26,447 nt of DNA. Origin: a virus. Lineage: Duplodnaviria > Caudoviricetes. Location of the stretch: IMG/VR virus record IMGVR_UViG_3300042863_000184, positions 1-26,447 of that record; one strand, given 5' to 3'. Both the position numbers and the translations under genes were made by a program. Below the pieces are notes generated by a model. The model worked only from the letters and a program-made list of their open reading frames with translations. It did no database searches and had not been told where the DNA came from. The stretch's first letter is position 1, and each line of letters starts with the position of its first letter. Positions 25,618 through 26,447 of this stretch are shown one piece after another.

Positions 25618-26447
25618 TTAAAATGCTTTCAAAATAATCATGTTTTCATTAAAGCGACCATTGGGCACTGCACCAACTGCTTTAATATCTTTAAAGTATT
25701 TACGAGCCGCGGGCTTGCTTCCCATAATTTCTTTAATCTGCTCACCGGGCTTACGCAAAGTTTTCATTTCGCTGGTGTTGTTGTCAAAGCCTAGAATTGT
25801 GTTACCTTTTACAGTAAATGCTTTGCTATACTCATCCGCAATGTAGTGATGCATTTTACGCTTTGCAGTATCATATACCCATGCCTCGCTTGCACCATGC
25901 AACTTAGTTGGATGTACGCTAATCAAATCAAGTTTGTTCACGGCATCCTTGAATACTTTCAAATACTTGAGTTTAGCTACAATCTTCTCAACAGGAACTG
26001 CTTTCTTTTTACGAGGTGCTTTGCTGGCTTTCTTAATTGAAATGTAACTATTGAGGTCGCTCAACACTTGCTCAATAAATTTAAGTGTGTTACGCAATTT
26101 AACTTTGCCCAAATAACTGTAGGCTTCTGTTAACTGCTCATCCTCGCCTTCAGAAACCATGTCAAATTCTTGTTGTTTGCGCTTCCAAATCTCAACAATC
26201 AATGAGATATGCTGTGGCATGACATTAAACTTAGCAACAATGTCAACTGTTTTTTGTGTTACTTTTCCGTCAGTAATCCATTCATCAAAAATAGATTCAA
26301 GTTCACCTGCGGCTTCTAGTGCTTTTTCACGCATAATCTCCTGCACATTGGGGCGATTGCTAGGTTCTTTATCTTTTTCAACCACTTCGGGTTTGTTGAC
26401 CAGTTTATACAAACGGCTTATCTCATTTTCAAGAGTGGTTGATTCAT
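25618..26447 (-). CDS. Hypothetical phage protein, 5'-partial
   Basis: Frame stays open upstream of the track's TTG (ESTTLENEISRLYK...) to the window edge; basic C-terminal domain ending KTLRKP...NGRFNENMIILKAF. Confidence 0.8.
   Translation of the reverse strand, partial: ESTTLENEISRLYKLVNKPEVVEKDKEPSNRPNVQEIMREKALEAAGELESIFDEWITDGKVTQKTVDIVAKFNVMPQHISLIVEIWKRKQQEFDMVSEGEDEQLTEAYSYLGKVKLRNTLKFIEQVLSDLNSYISIKKASKAPRKKKAVPVEKIVAKLKYLKVFKDAVNKLDLISVHPTKLHGASEAWVYDTAKRKMHHYIADEYSKAFTVKGNTILGFDNNTSEMKTLRKPGEQIKEIMGSKPAARKYFKDIKAVGAVPNGRFNENMIILKAF

Overview
An AT-rich segment of a large T4-like (probably jumbo) myophage genome in the standard genetic code, with almost all genes on the minus strand. 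Read in transcription order (right to left): a partial conserved hypothetical gene, a small membrane ORF missed by the ORF track, MazG-like pyrophosphatase, neck protein (gp13-like), dNMP kinase, a lone plus-strand HNH/Zn-finger gene, an oversized tail sheath, tail tube, a tube-like baseplate protein, head-completion nuclease (gp4-like), a putative small terminase, two probable internal head proteins, a 1477-aa fibre, a GH19 lysin, an Ig-repeat baseplate protein, then an operon with a truncated DnaE fragment, GroES, a YccA/Bax-inhibitor-1 protein and an RFC-like clamp loader. Most notable: (1) an 871-aa protein punctuated by hydrophobic-x-E motifs that looks like a prohead-protease-processed polyprotein, next to a gene with a T4-type capsid-targeting N-terminus; (2) ATAAATA late promoters embedded in hairpins that would hide the RBS or start codon on read-through RNA; (3) a DnaE fragment that stops just before the catalytic D-x-D, implying a split polymerase. 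All product calls come from motif recognition by eye; no database searches were run.
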